Shown here piece after piece: positions 29,184 to 39,900 of a stretch of DNA of 64,000 nt (positions are counted from its first letter, which is position 1; every line of letters begins with the position of its first letter). A model generated the notes under the pieces. That model saw only the letters and a program-made list of their open reading frames with translations, searched no databases and had not been told where the DNA came from. Made by a program: the position numbers and the translations under genes. This stretch comes from Nitrospirales bacterium (GTDB lineage: Bacteria > Nitrospirota > Nitrospiria > Nitrospirales > UBA8639): contig OY820905.2 in assembly GCA_963555755.3 (NCBI GenBank), forward strand, positions 3,616,001 to 3,680,000, given 5' to 3'.

Positions 29184-29361
29184 AGGCCTGTTAAAAAAGA
29201 ACTTGGACAAGATCGCGTCCAGATTTGGGTCGGATTTGGACGGAACGATTGAGAAAAAGCCGAGGCATAGCACGGCTATGTTGAGGTTTTTTTGATTGAG
29301 GCGCGTTCAAAGATGGCCCGAAGATGGGAGGCGAGATGTCCAAGTTTTTTTTAACAGGCCT
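29184..29361 (+). mobile_element. MITE family C variant with different outer TIRs
   Basis: Internal sequence as in family C; ends AGGCCTGTTAAAAAA/TTTTTTAACAGGCCT. Confidence 0.75.
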
Positions 29362-29381
29362 TTAGTAGAGGAGAAGTGGCC

Positions 29382-31127
29382 ATGAAGTTCAGTGTGAGAA
29401 ATTCTGGTAATCAAAGTAGAGCTATTCCCTATAAAGAATCGCTTTCTTGGTGGTGGATGATCGGAGTGGGAATCGGGTTTTTTATCACCGCCCTGGTTGT
29501 TCTCGGTGTGCAAGGGCAGGCTCGGGCGGCTGAAGGTGTTTCCCCGGAGATAGCACAAGCCTCGGTGCAAGCGGTGCAGCGGTATAGTCAAGCCGTTGCC
29601 GCGAGTGATCAGATTGCGGTAGCGCAAAATGATTTTGTGTGTTTGCTCAAGATGATGGAGTCCGGATCAGTCGTGGCGGGTGGATTCCCGGAATCGTCGG
29701 ATCCGGTGTATGCATGGTGTTGGGATCGATTAGCTCAAGCCCATGCCGAAGTCATTGACCAGCGAGACCGAGCCTTGGATGAATTGTGGCCCGGTGTGGG
29801 TAAGATCGTAAATTATGCCGATTTCAAGCGGTTTCTGATCGCCGAAACTCATACACGCCAACGTGCACCTTCGTTTTTTGTGATGCCACAGATTGGCGAT
29901 ATCGCAGGGTCTCCGGGTTTCTCCCTTGAGGTGGTGAGTACGGGCCCATTGCCTCATGCGTCATTCCAGGTTCAAGGACAGGATCATGTGGTGGCGGTGC
30001 CGACTGTGTTTGTGCGGACGCGGATTGCGTACCCGAATCCCATCACCTCACCGGCCGCGAATGGTGAAGGGCAAATGGACTGGGCGGTTCCCTATAAGAA
30101 GCCCATTCATCCGATCAAAGCCGTTACCGTCAAATGGGTCGTCCTGTCCGGTCTCAAACAGCATGGGTTTCCCACGGATACCGCAGTGTTGAATATTCCA
30201 CTTGAGTCATCCATGGGCACTCTTATTCCCTTTGTGATGGAAGCGGGGGGATTTGAGCAAAAGACCACCGAGTATTGGGGCGCGCAAGAAGCGCAGCAGA
30301 TGCTTGATGAAGGGGTTGAACGAGCCAAAGCGCTGGAATCACGGCGAGACCGCATTGCGATGCTGAATCGTATTCTTGTGGTGAATCCTTCCCATGTGCC
30401 TGCCCTCCAAGCCATCACGCATGAACTCTATGAGGGGCTCCTTGCCTATGCAGCAAGCAATCATGGTCTGGATGTCTCGGGTGATGTGCTCTATCAAGGT
30501 TTCAATGAATTATACTGGACCGTCCAGTCCCAGACGGATCGGATGGACATTTCGATGCACATGGAGATGGGGGGGAAAGCTGAACCGACACCGGCGGATT
30601 ATTTGTACCGGATGATTCCAGCGATGGAGGCGTTGACCGATTTGCAACCTGGTGATTTTGAAACGCGGCTTAAGCTCAGCGCCGCCTATCGGTGGACCAA
30701 TGATGAAGTAACCGCCATCTTGGCCCCTCAGCAATTACTGGCAGAAGTGCCTAATGATCGGACGGAGCTTCGGGCCAGGATTCTCATGGCCCTGGCTTGG
30801 TCTCGAATTAGCAAGGTGGCCTGGAGTCGGCATCTCAATGATCCGGATATTGTCCGAGGTTATGAAGAAGCCGATGAAGCATTCAATTTGGCCAGTGAGC
30901 CATTGGTGAAATTTTCCGCCAGCTATGCGAAGGCCTATAGCCTGGTTTTCCGACCCAAGCCGGATAATGAAGCGATGATCAAGCTATTAACCGAAGCTCG
31001 TCGGTGGTATCAAAAGATTCCAGGGGCTAGCAATCGGTCTTGGGCGTATATGCTGGAAAACGATACACTGAAGGGATATCTCGAAACTGACCCGGCTTTT
31101 CAGTCTCTGTTAGCCTCCAACTCATAA
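29382..31127 (+). CDS. Conserved-looking exported hypothetical protein with helical C-terminal half
   Basis: ~581-aa ORF with an N-terminal TM/signal segment; no recognisable catalytic motif. Confidence 0.75.
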   Translation: MKFSVRNSGNQSRAIPYKESLSWWWMIGVGIGFFITALVVLGVQGQARAAEGVSPEIAQASVQAVQRYSQAVAASDQIAVAQNDFVCLLKMMESGSVVAGGFPESSDPVYAWCWDRLAQAHAEVIDQRDRALDELWPGVGKIVNYADFKRFLIAETHTRQRAPSFFVMPQIGDIAGSPGFSLEVVSTGPLPHASFQVQGQDHVVAVPTVFVRTRIAYPNPITSPAANGEGQMDWAVPYKKPIHPIKAVTVKWVVLSGLKQHGFPTDTAVLNIPLESSMGTLIPFVMEAGGFEQKTTEYWGAQEAQQMLDEGVERAKALESRRDRIAMLNRILVVNPSHVPALQAITHELYEGLLAYAASNHGLDVSGDVLYQGFNELYWTVQSQTDRMDISMHMEMGGKAEPTPADYLYRMIPAMEALTDLQPGDFETRLKLSAAYRWTNDEVTAILAPQQLLAEVPNDRTELRARILMALAWSRISKVAWSRHLNDPDIVRGYEEADEAFNLASEPLVKFSASYAKAYSLVFRPKPDNEAMIKLLTEARRWYQKIPGASNRSWAYMLENDTLKGYLETDPAFQSLLASNS

Positions 31128-31130
31128 ATT

Positions 31131-31320
31131 GGGAATGTTGAAAAAAGCCGCCAGCGGCGTTCTCGCCCTTTTGCCGTGCTCACGTACTGAGAGTACGCTC
31201 CGCGCGTCAAAAGGGCTGCGGCCTTGCTGGACGAACTTTTTTGAACATTCCCTCCAACTGATGCTGTCCGTCCTATCATGGGCCTTTATTGGCCATTGAA
31301 GTGAAATATTCAACATTCCC
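31131..31320 (+). repeat. Repeat family B copy 5 with 3' extension module
   Basis: Core 31131-31252; extension ending AAATATTCAACATTCCC is also present in copy 6. Confidence 0.85.
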
Positions 31321-31451
31321 AAATTCCCATCGTTAATTGGTCCCAAGGATTGTGCTTGCATAAAGAGATCGACTCCTTGGGGCCACGTTTTTTCTGAAAC
31401 TCCCCATTCGCAAAACGTTGTGATGTCCCGTGGGATGTCCGGCTAGGAAAC

Positions 31452-31874
31452 TTACGAAGAAGTGGTCGCTGTGGGTTCGGATGTTGACGGCATGCAGCGA
31501 GCCCGAAGGCGAATGGTCCGAGGTTTGGCGGTGAATTCGTCTAACCGCTTTCGATCGGCATCTCGAATCGTGGTGAAACGAATTGACGTGATAAATTTGC
31601 GAGATGATGACTCGGTATGCGTGACCATGCCCTTGAGCGCAATAGCGGTCATGGGTGGGAGAAGCAGGCGAAGTTCTAAGGGTGTTCCAGGTTGAAGGTC
31701 TTGCTCGGTTTCAAATTGAAGCCCAAAAGGATGGATTTTCAGATTGGTGAGTTTGAGCCGATGCACGGCGGGTTCATGTTGTGGCCAAAAACTGAGCCAC
31801 AGCCGCGCGGCTGAGCTTGCCTTCATCCAAATTGGCGTTTCGTGTCGTGAAGGCCGGTTTTTGGTTGAGGCCAA
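31452..31874 (-). CDS. PilZ-domain-like protein
   Basis: GTPLELRLLLP..IALKGMV...IRFTTIRDADRKRLDEF, typical of a PilZ C-terminal barrel. Confidence 0.6.
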   Translation of the reverse strand: MASTKNRPSRHETPIWMKASSAARLWLSFWPQHEPAVHRLKLTNLKIHPFGLQFETEQDLQPGTPLELRLLLPPMTAIALKGMVTHTESSSRKFITSIRFTTIRDADRKRLDEFTAKPRTIRLRARCMPSTSEPTATTSS

Positions 31875-31954
31875 GGTGCAGGCTCTCTACAATGGTGAAT
31901 GAAACAGTAGATACGAACTGATTGCTTTTTCGGGATTTGGGTTGGGGATCTTAA

Positions 31955-32111
31955 GGGTTCGCGCAAGAATAACTTCCCCTGTTTGGGCGTCGATTCATCC
32001 TGTCTGGCGGCGTTGTTCGTCCTTTCCATAGGAGGAGTATGCGCAGTCCTCGCGTCTTGCCAGACAGGTGTCTCAGCACCGAAACAGGGGAAGTTATTTT
32101 TGCGCGAACCC
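31955..32111. mobile_element. MITE family F (single copy in window)
   Basis: ~30-bp TIR GGGTTCGCGCAAGAATAACTTCCCCTGTTT / AAACAGGGGAAGTTATTTTTGCGCGAACCC; TAA on both sides. Confidence 0.8.
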
Positions 32112-32114
32112 TAA

Positions 32115-32193
32115 GGTGACCACGACTTTTTGTATTTCACCATGCACGCCAATATCTTACACGTCTTTTTTGTGCCCAACTGCCGTTTCTAGG
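32115..32193 (+). mobile_element. MITE family D, right half only
   Basis: GGTGACCACGACTTTTTGTATTTC...CTGCCGTTTCTAGG followed by TTGAA. Confidence 0.8.
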
Positions 32194-32241
32194 TTGAAAT
32201 TGCTATCGCCATCCCAAGATCTAGTTAACGTGTTAACTTAA

Positions 32242-32383
32242 GGGCACCTCTAAAAACCGTCCTTTTCCGTGATGGCGGCGTCAGCCGCGTGCTCACATCC
32301 TCATGTATTCGCCCATACACTCCGGTTTTCCGCGCGCGGCTTCCTTGCCCTCACAAAAAATGCCTGGTTTTTTAGAGGTGCCC
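32242..32383 (+). mobile_element. MITE/repeat family E copy 1
   Basis: TIR GGGCACCTCTAAAAA/TTTTTAGAGGTGCCC; near-identical copy at 47315-47455. Confidence 0.85.
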
Positions 32384-32503
32384 ATAACATGTTAACGTCA
32401 AATGATTAACAGTATATTCCTCCCAAACCGTGAGTCCTACCTTTTAAATGTATAACTCACTGAGATACTGGCACTTTCAGGAACTATCAATTGAAGACAA
32501 TTG

Positions 32504-32518
32504 TGGCACTCAATTTGC
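32504..32518 (+). promoter_or_regulatory. Sigma54 (-24/-12) promoter
   Basis: TGGCACTCAATTTGC matches TGGCAC-N5-TTGC with the correct GG-10-GC spacing, 43 nt upstream of the ATG. Confidence 0.7.
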
Positions 32519-32561
32519 TTAATTAAGGTGTAGGAACCCTTTCATCACGGGAGGTGCCAGC

Positions 32562-33989
32562 ATGATTCTCAAACAATACTATCTTGGTTGCCTGGCTCAT
32601 GCGTCGTATTTGGTTGCGGATGAAGGCACAAAGATTGCCGCGGTTGTTGATCCTCAACGAGATATCCAGCAATACCTGAACGAAGCCGATACTCAAGGGT
32701 GGCAGATACGGTATGTGTTCCTCACGCATTTTCATGCAGATTTTTTAGCAGGGCATCTTGAATTGCGAGAACGAACGGGAGCGCAAATTTGTTTGGGAGC
32801 GAACGCTCAAGCAACCTATCCATTCATGGCGTTGGAACATGACAGTGTTGTAGAATTTGGTCATGTGCGAGTGAAGGTCTTGGAAACACCTGGCCACACT
32901 CCGGAAAGCATTTCTCTGGTCGTCTATGATCTTGCCAAAAGCGAAACGGACCCCTACGCCGTGTTCACGGGAGACACCCTCTTCATCGGGGACGTTGGGC
33001 GCCCGGACCTCATGGCCTCGATTGGAATCAGCGACACGGAGTTGGCCGAAATGCTCTACGATTCTCTCCACAACACACTCTTGAAACTGCCAGATGCGAC
33101 CCTGGTCTATCCAGCTCATGGTGCCGGGTCTATGTGTGGACGAAATCTCAGTACCGATACCGTTTCCACCATAGGCACTCAGCGGTCGGAAAATTATGCC
33201 CTTCAACCCATGAACAAAAATACATTTGTCAGCATGATTACCAGAGGGCAACCCGAGGCGCCCGTGTACTTTGGCTATGATGCCAAGCTCAACAAGGAAG
33301 AGCATGCGACTCTCACAGATGTTGTGCGTCGAGGCCTCACACCGCTTTCTTTGGATGAACTGTTAGAGCTGCAAAGCCGCGGAGCTCAAGTGGTTGATGT
33401 GCGTGATCCCATGGACTATGCAGGTGGACATCTTTCCGGGAGTCTCAACGTTGGCGTGAATGGCAAGTTTGCCACCTGGGCGGGAATCATCCTTGATCCT
33501 GAAAAACCCATTGTCCTCATTGCCGAACCTGGTCGTGAGGAAGAGGCCATCATGAGGCTAGGACGAATTGGATATGATCATGTTGCCGGGTACCTCGAAA
33601 CCGGAATGCACGCGTTGGGGACCCACCTCGAACTTGTGCGTGAGACTCAACGAATTACGGTAGCGTCGTTGGCGGCGGAACTCTGCACCAGTCATCCCCC
33701 TTTGGTATTGGATGTTCGAACAGAAAGGGAGTGGGAAGAGGGACATATTGATCACAGCCTCAACATCCCCCTTCCGCATTTAATGGAACGACAGAATGAA
33801 ATCCCGTCTGGGCAGAAATTGGTCGTGCATTGTGCGAGCGGATATCGTTCCTCAATCGCCACAAGTTTATTGGAAAAAGAACATTGGCCCGAGACGATAG
33901 ATCTTATCGGCGGCTACGAAGCGTGGGAGAAAACGTGGGGCAGCCATGGTGTGTCCCCTCAGGTGGCATGCACGACTCACCCCGGGTAG
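32562..33989 (+). CDS. MBL-fold persulfide dioxygenase-like protein with two rhodanese domains
   Basis: THFHADF, TPGHTPES, TGDTLFIGDVGRPD and PAHGAGS motifs; C-terminal rhodanese CASGYRS. Confidence 0.9.
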   Translation: MILKQYYLGCLAHASYLVADEGTKIAAVVDPQRDIQQYLNEADTQGWQIRYVFLTHFHADFLAGHLELRERTGAQICLGANAQATYPFMALEHDSVVEFGHVRVKVLETPGHTPESISLVVYDLAKSETDPYAVFTGDTLFIGDVGRPDLMASIGISDTELAEMLYDSLHNTLLKLPDATLVYPAHGAGSMCGRNLSTDTVSTIGTQRSENYALQPMNKNTFVSMITRGQPEAPVYFGYDAKLNKEEHATLTDVVRRGLTPLSLDELLELQSRGAQVVDVRDPMDYAGGHLSGSLNVGVNGKFATWAGIILDPEKPIVLIAEPGREEEAIMRLGRIGYDHVAGYLETGMHALGTHLELVRETQRITVASLAAELCTSHPPLVLDVRTEREWEEGHIDHSLNIPLPHLMERQNEIPSGQKLVVHCASGYRSSIATSLLEKEHWPETIDLIGGYEAWEKTWGSHGVSPQVACTTHPG

Positions 33990-34001
33990 GAGGAGGAAAT
34001 C

Positions 34002-34574
34002 ATGGTAGAGACAACGGTGGAAGAAAGGGTATATCCGTGGGTACGAGCACAGGACATTTTGCAGGATGGAAAAGTCCGAACGGACTTCCAGCTTGTTGAT
34101 GTTCGGACTCCCGCAGAATTTGGCGAGGTCCATGTCCCGGGGACCTTCAATGTTCCTTTGGCAGATGTGGCCAGCCGTCTCTCTGAGCTTAAAGCCAAGA
34201 GTGAACAGGGGCCCATTGTGTTGCTGTGTCGCACCAAAAATCGGATCAAATTGGCCTATGACCAATTGAATCAGTTCGGTGTCAACAATTGCCATCTTTT
34301 AGAAGGTGGCATTGTCGCATGGAAGGTAGCCGGGCATCCGGTCGTGCAAGGGGAACGAGCGATATCCCTCGAAGGTCAGGTGCGGATGGTGGCGGGAGCC
34401 ATGATTGTTCTGGGAGTCATTCTCGGGGTGACAGTCAATCCATGGTTTTTGGCGATCTCTGCTGGTGTGGGCGCGGGCCTGTTCCAGGCCGGATATACGG
34501 ATTCCTGCTTGATGGGAACCATCTTGGCGAAGCTCCCATTCAACAGGGCAAAGGGTCCTTTGATGCGGACTTAG
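34002..34574 (+). CDS. Rhodanese plus DUF2892 membrane sulfurtransferase (YgaP-like)
   Basis: DVRTPAEF..H, LCRTKNR, LEGQVRMVAG...GYTDSCLMG..LAKLPFN. Confidence 0.85.
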   Translation: MVETTVEERVYPWVRAQDILQDGKVRTDFQLVDVRTPAEFGEVHVPGTFNVPLADVASRLSELKAKSEQGPIVLLCRTKNRIKLAYDQLNQFGVNNCHLLEGGIVAWKVAGHPVVQGERAISLEGQVRMVAGAMIVLGVILGVTVNPWFLAISAGVGAGLFQAGYTDSCLMGTILAKLPFNRAKGPLMRT

Positions 34575-34626
34575 TCTTGGGACGACTTCTAGGTTCAATT
34601 AACTTCCGTTCTCTCTGCTGATGGCG

Positions 34627-34733
34627 TAAATCCGAATCTCGAATTTCGAAACAAATCCGAAATCTGAAATTCGAATTATTCAATTTGGTCATTTTCATTA
34701 GTTTCGGATTTCGATATTCGCGCTTCGGATTTA
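34627..34733. repeat. Heptamer-type inverted repeat (AAATCCG/TTCGAAA type)
   Basis: AAATCCGAATCTCGAATTTCGAAAC ... GTTTCGGATTTCGATATTCGCGCTTCGGATTT; related copy at 63735-63824. Confidence 0.7.
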
Positions 34734-34754
34734 CCTCCCGAGTTTTTGCCTTGA

Positions 34755-34968
34755 GGGTCTGTTGAATATTTCGGGGCCATGACCCATAGATGCTCCAGGG
34801 AAGACGGCGCACATCAGTGGGAGGGAATGTTCAAAAAAGCATGCCCTGAGTCTTTCCGAAGGGTCTATCCAGCAAGGCCGCAGCCATTTTGACGCGCGGA
34901 GCGTACTCATAGTACGTGAGCACGGCAAAAGGGCGAGAACGCCGCTGGTGGCTTTTTTCAACATTCCC
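34755..34968 (-). repeat. Repeat family B copy 6 (reverse, with extension and small REP at 34843-34863)
   Basis: Reverse complement of the copy 5 layout. Confidence 0.85.
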
Positions 34969-34995
34969 TTGAGCTAATTCCTTTTTCGTTTTATC

Positions 34996-36138
34996 GTGGT
35001 AGATATGAACTTCTCAATTTCTGTCACGGCATCCCTCTCTCTTCCGGAATCCGACCCCATCATTCATGGACTGTTGATCTTGGCGTTTCTCGTTCATGTG
35101 TTGTTTATAAATCTGGTTTTGGGGGGGACCATGATTACTGTGATGACGGACGCGATCGGAATCGTGACAGGTAGCGCGTATTACCGGCAGTTGGCGACCA
35201 CCTTGGCCAATTGGTTGCCGGGGTTCCTGGGTGTGGCCGTGGTATTAGGCGTATTGCCGTTGGTGCTGGTTCAGATTCTCTATGGTTCGGTGTTCTCGAC
35301 CGCTGCGAGTCTTCTCGGAGAAGTTTGGATTATAGCGGGCGCTGCTCTGGTGTTGGGGTATGGTGGTCTGTATGGATATAAACAGTGGCGTGGATCTCTG
35401 GCGCAACGCCCAGGGCTTCAACTGGCGGTCGGTGCCCTGAGTAGCATCATGTTTTTGGGCGTGGCCTTTGTCTTTGTCCTGGTGAGTGTGCTCATGCTCC
35501 ATCCCGATCAATGGGCCGCCATAGAACACGCCAGCCTCTGGTCCGTGCTGACACTTCCCTCGCTCATTCCCCGGTTTGGGCATTTGGTGTTGGCGTCCGT
35601 GGCAGGGATGGGCATGTTTCTGGTGTGCTATGGACTCTTCTTGGCTTCGGGTGATCAAGCTCTGACAGACGATGAACCGAAAGAACGATATGCAATCTGG
35701 GTGACCCGTTATGGAGTGGCTTGGACGTTGGCTGGGACGTTGCCACAATTTGTGATTGGCCCGTGGTTATTCTTATCCCTTCCCGCAGTTGTACGGGTAG
35801 ACTTGGTGAGTGGACAGAGTTTTGGCTCCTTGGCCTTTTTCGTCGGATTAACAGCGGCCTTGTTGAGCTTGGTGTTACTCAATGCGGCATTGATGGCCCC
35901 ACATGTCCGTGGGTTAGCCATTGGCGGAACCCTGAGCTTAGTGGTCACGGTGTGTTTGATGGTGGTGGTGCGTCATGCCGTGCGTGTCTCTTGGCTGTCC
36001 CAGCATGATGACGCTGCCATGTTGGCGACTCAGGATCAATGGACTGTGATGTTCATGGTTGGCGCGATGCTTCTACTAGGCCTGGCAATCACCGTCTTTA
36101 TCGTGAGCGCGTATAGGACAACACGGATTGTAAATTGA
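34996..36138 (+). CDS. Polytopic membrane protein of unknown function
   Basis: About 9-10 hydrophobic segments; intramembrane His in LVHVLFINL and RFGHLVLA. Confidence 0.75.
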   Translation: MVDMNFSISVTASLSLPESDPIIHGLLILAFLVHVLFINLVLGGTMITVMTDAIGIVTGSAYYRQLATTLANWLPGFLGVAVVLGVLPLVLVQILYGSVFSTAASLLGEVWIIAGAALVLGYGGLYGYKQWRGSLAQRPGLQLAVGALSSIMFLGVAFVFVLVSVLMLHPDQWAAIEHASLWSVLTLPSLIPRFGHLVLASVAGMGMFLVCYGLFLASGDQALTDDEPKERYAIWVTRYGVAWTLAGTLPQFVIGPWLFLSLPAVVRVDLVSGQSFGSLAFFVGLTAALLSLVLLNAALMAPHVRGLAIGGTLSLVVTVCLMVVVRHAVRVSWLSQHDDAAMLATQDQWTVMFMVGAMLLLGLAITVFIVSAYRTTRIVN

Positions 36139-36175
36139 TGCCATTCACTTTCACGTCAACGATGTTGGTCTCTTG

Positions 36176-36961
36176 ATGGATCTTCAACTTGTCCTCGCGC
36201 TCCTGTGCGGTGGTGTGGTCGGTGTGATGCTTGGCGCGACTGGGGCTGGCGGGTCGATGCTCGCCATTCCTCTGTTAGTGTACCTTGTGGGTGTGCCGGT
36301 TCAGGAAGCCATAGTCATCTCGTTAATGGTCGTGGGGTATTCCGCCTTATTCGGCGCGTGGAGGAAAACTCGGGATCATCACGTCAAGGGAAGAGCGGCC
36401 TTGGTGTTTAGTAGTACCGGGTTGGTGGGTGCGTGGGTTGGCGCTCTCGGTCATACTCTGATCAACGAAAATACGATCCTCCTATTGTTTGGGCTTCTGA
36501 TGGTGGGGGTAAGTGCCTGGTCGCTGGGCCGGAGGAGCCGTTCGATTCCAGATCAAACCGAAGGGTGCGCGCGTCAGTTTTCAATCACATGCGTGAGTCG
36601 GGCATTGAGTATTGGATTTGGCGTAGGAATTCTCACTGGGTTTTTTGGCATTGGCGGAGGCTTTCTCATTGTCCCGGCGTTGATGGGGGTGTTGGGATTT
36701 CCGGCATCCATGGCGGTGGGGACGTCGCTCATGATCATCGCGCTGACAACGATCGGAGGCATTTTTGGACACTTGGAAATGGTTTCCATCGAACTTGGGC
36801 TCACGGCCATCGTGGTGACGGGAAGTCTTCTCGGGATTCTTGCCGGAACCTCGTTGAGTCGCAAAATTGATCACCGACGGTTTACCACGGCGTTTGGCGT
36901 GATGACTGGCATCATCGGTACGTTGATGATCCTTGAAAATCTCAGCCACCTTGTGATGTGA
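36176..36961 (+). CDS. TauE/SafE (TSUP) sulfite exporter family protein
   Basis: GATGAGGS..AIPLL and GFFGIGGGFLIVPAL...AVGTSL repeats. Confidence 0.9.
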   Translation: MDLQLVLALLCGGVVGVMLGATGAGGSMLAIPLLVYLVGVPVQEAIVISLMVVGYSALFGAWRKTRDHHVKGRAALVFSSTGLVGAWVGALGHTLINENTILLLFGLLMVGVSAWSLGRRSRSIPDQTEGCARQFSITCVSRALSIGFGVGILTGFFGIGGGFLIVPALMGVLGFPASMAVGTSLMIIALTTIGGIFGHLEMVSIELGLTAIVVTGSLLGILAGTSLSRKIDHRRFTTAFGVMTGIIGTLMILENLSHLVM

Positions 36962-36996
36962 GATCCGGTAGCGACGAGCAACAACCGACGTACTTC

Positions 36997-39900
36997 CTAG
37001 GCTGGTACGGCTGGTTGGTAGCGCGCGCGCAACGTTTCCGACTGTGCATGAAACAACTCCACGATGGCATTGGCGGGAACAGCGGGACTAAAGAAAAAGC
37101 CCTGGATCTCATCACAGCCCTGTTCTTCCAGATACTGAAATTGCCCTTCGGTTTCGACCCCTTCAGCAATGACACGAAGATCCAGACTATGGCCCAATGC
37201 GATGATCGCTTTGGTGATAGACGCATCCTGCGCGTTCGTCGTGAGATCTTTGATGAATGCGCGATCAATTTTGATTGTGTCGATGGGGAGGCGTTTGAGA
37301 TAACTGAGCGAGGAGTAGCCTGTGCCAAAATCATCAATAGCGAGCCCGATTCCCAGTTTTTTCAAGTAATGCAGGGTTTTCATGGCTTCTTCCACGTCCC
37401 GCATGACCACGCCCTCGGTCAGTTCGAGCTCAAGGTAATTGGGTGCTAACGTGCCCTCCTTCAGGACGTTTTCAATGGTCACGACCCAATCCTGATCTCT
37501 AAATTGCATACTGGATAGATTCACGCCAATACGGATGGGCGGAAGGCCCTGTTCCCGCCATCGTTGATGTTGCCGGCAGGCTGTGTGCAAGGCCCATTCC
37601 CCAATCGTTTTAATGAGTCCGGATTCTTCCGCGAGGGGAATAAAGTCTGCAGGAGAAATGATGCCTCGTTCGGGATGTTGCCAACGAATCAGGGCTTCCA
37701 CCCCAACGATGTGCTGTTGCCGGATATCGATTTGCGGTTGATAGTAGAGGACAAATTCTGACCGTTTGATGGCTTTGTGCAAATAACTTTCCATGGTGAG
37801 CTTGGCCGACGATGACGCATTCATGCTTGGAGAAAAATAGTGACTCGTATTTCGTCCGTTTTCCTTCGCATGCTGGAGTGCTACTTGTGCGTTTTGGAGT
37901 AGGGTTTCTCCGGTTTCCCCATCGTTGGGGGAAAGACTGATCCCAATACTAGCCGTGATAAAGATTTCCTGTTCTCCAATGTGAAAGGGTCGTGCGAGTT
38001 TGGCGAGTACACGTCTGGCGACAGTGGCGGCATTTTCGACTGATTTGAAGCTGGTCAAGAGGATCGTAAATTCATCGCCGCCAAATCGCGAAAGGGTCGT
38101 GGGTGATTCGGTTTCCTGATGGCGGGCCACGGTATCGCTGCGTCGAATCGAGCGAAGGATTCGTGTTCCGACTTCCTGGAGAAGGAGATCGCCGGTTCGA
38201 TAGCCGAGCGTTTCATTGATGCGAGTAAACCGGTCAATATTTAGCAGCAAGACCGCCAATGGTTGATTCTGCCGCTGTCTGATGGCCAGGGATTGTTCCA
38301 GTAAGGTGTGAAACATGACGCGGTTAGGCAGATTGGTCAGCGGGTCATAATGGGCTAACGTGTGGATTTGGTACTCTTTAAACTTGCGTTCCGTGATGTC
38401 CTGAATGACTCCGGTGATTTGAATGGGCTTCCCGAGATCGTCCAATACCAGTTCGCCCACTTCGCACATGATCCGTTCCCGTCCCTCCTCGGCCACTAAC
38501 CGATATTCCAGATTATAGCCCGTTCGGCTGTGGAGAGCCTGCTGGATGGTGTGGGAACGTTCTTCCCGATCGTTGGGGTGGATTGCCTCCTCAAAGGCTT
38601 CAGGGGTGCCGGGAAACGTGTCGAATGTTTGATCGAGCAGGTGACAGGTTTCTTTTGAAAGCTGGAATGTGCCTTTCCGTAGGTCCCATTGCCAGTATCC
38701 GAGTTGCGCCAGATGTTGTGCTTGGGCAAGTTGGCGCTGGCTTTCCCGGAGGGCCGTTTCCGCTTGTTTCCGTTCTAGGAGTTGACCAATTTGACTGCCA
38801 GCCGAATAAAATAAACTAAGCAAATCTTCATCAATTTTTTGTGGTGCCACGCTGTAGAATTCCATGACCGCTACGGTGTTGTTCCTGATCGTGATGGGAA
38901 ATCCAAAGGCGCTGGTGAGTTGTCCGGAATGGCGCGCCTCCCATTCGAGAAACCCCTCGGAGGAATGAAGCTCTTCGATCCACTCGGGCTTGCCTGTGGC
39001 CCAGACGCGGCCAGCCAAGCCCATCCCCAGAGGCAGAGACGTATGTTTGCAGTGGTCGATGAACGAGACGAATTGGGAGGAAGAGGGAGCTTGGGAATCT
39101 TGGAAGGTTAACAGGGTGTGGTCTTGATCCGCTTCCCAGATGAGCCCAAGGTCCCAGTTCAAAATGAGACAAATGGATTCGACAATGCGAGCAAGGGCAT
39201 CCTTGACCGTTTGGGTCTCTGCGAGAATTCTCGTGATGGCATAGTGGGCGCGTTCTCGTTGTTCCATGGCGGTTCGAGCGGTGACATCCCGAAAGACCAC
39301 GACGGCTCCGGTGATGTGATCTCCGAGTTTGGTTGGGGTGCACACATACTCTGCAATAAAATTGGTCCCATCTTTTCTCCAAAATACTTCCTCCGAACTT
39401 TGCTGGACACAGTGGTCCAAAAGGGGCAGATAGATGGGAAAAGCCGAAAGATCCTGCGGCTCAGATGGCTCTGTGGTTTGGCATAAGATGGTGTGAAGGG
39501 GTTCGCCAATGAGCTCGGCTGAATCATAACAGAGAAGTTCTGCTCCCGAGTTGTTCATGAACGAGACTCGCCCAGATGCATCCAGGCCGCAGATGCCTTC
39601 TCCTGCGGAGGTCAAGAGCAATTGGGTTTGGAGGTTGAGTCGTAACACCTCATCTTGGGCTCGTATGCGTTCTTTCTCCTCTCGGCTCGCCCGAAGAAGG
39701 AAATGAATTCGATAGGGGAGCAATTCCCAATTAATCGGTTTCATGAGAAAATCCGAGGCGCCGACTTCAAAGGCTTTCGTGATGGAATCCACGTTATCAT
39801 GACCGGTGGCTATCAGAACCGGTGTACATTCATAGCCAGAAATTTTCCGAAATTCCGCACAGACTTCAAACCCCGACTTTCCCGGCATGGTGATATCTAA

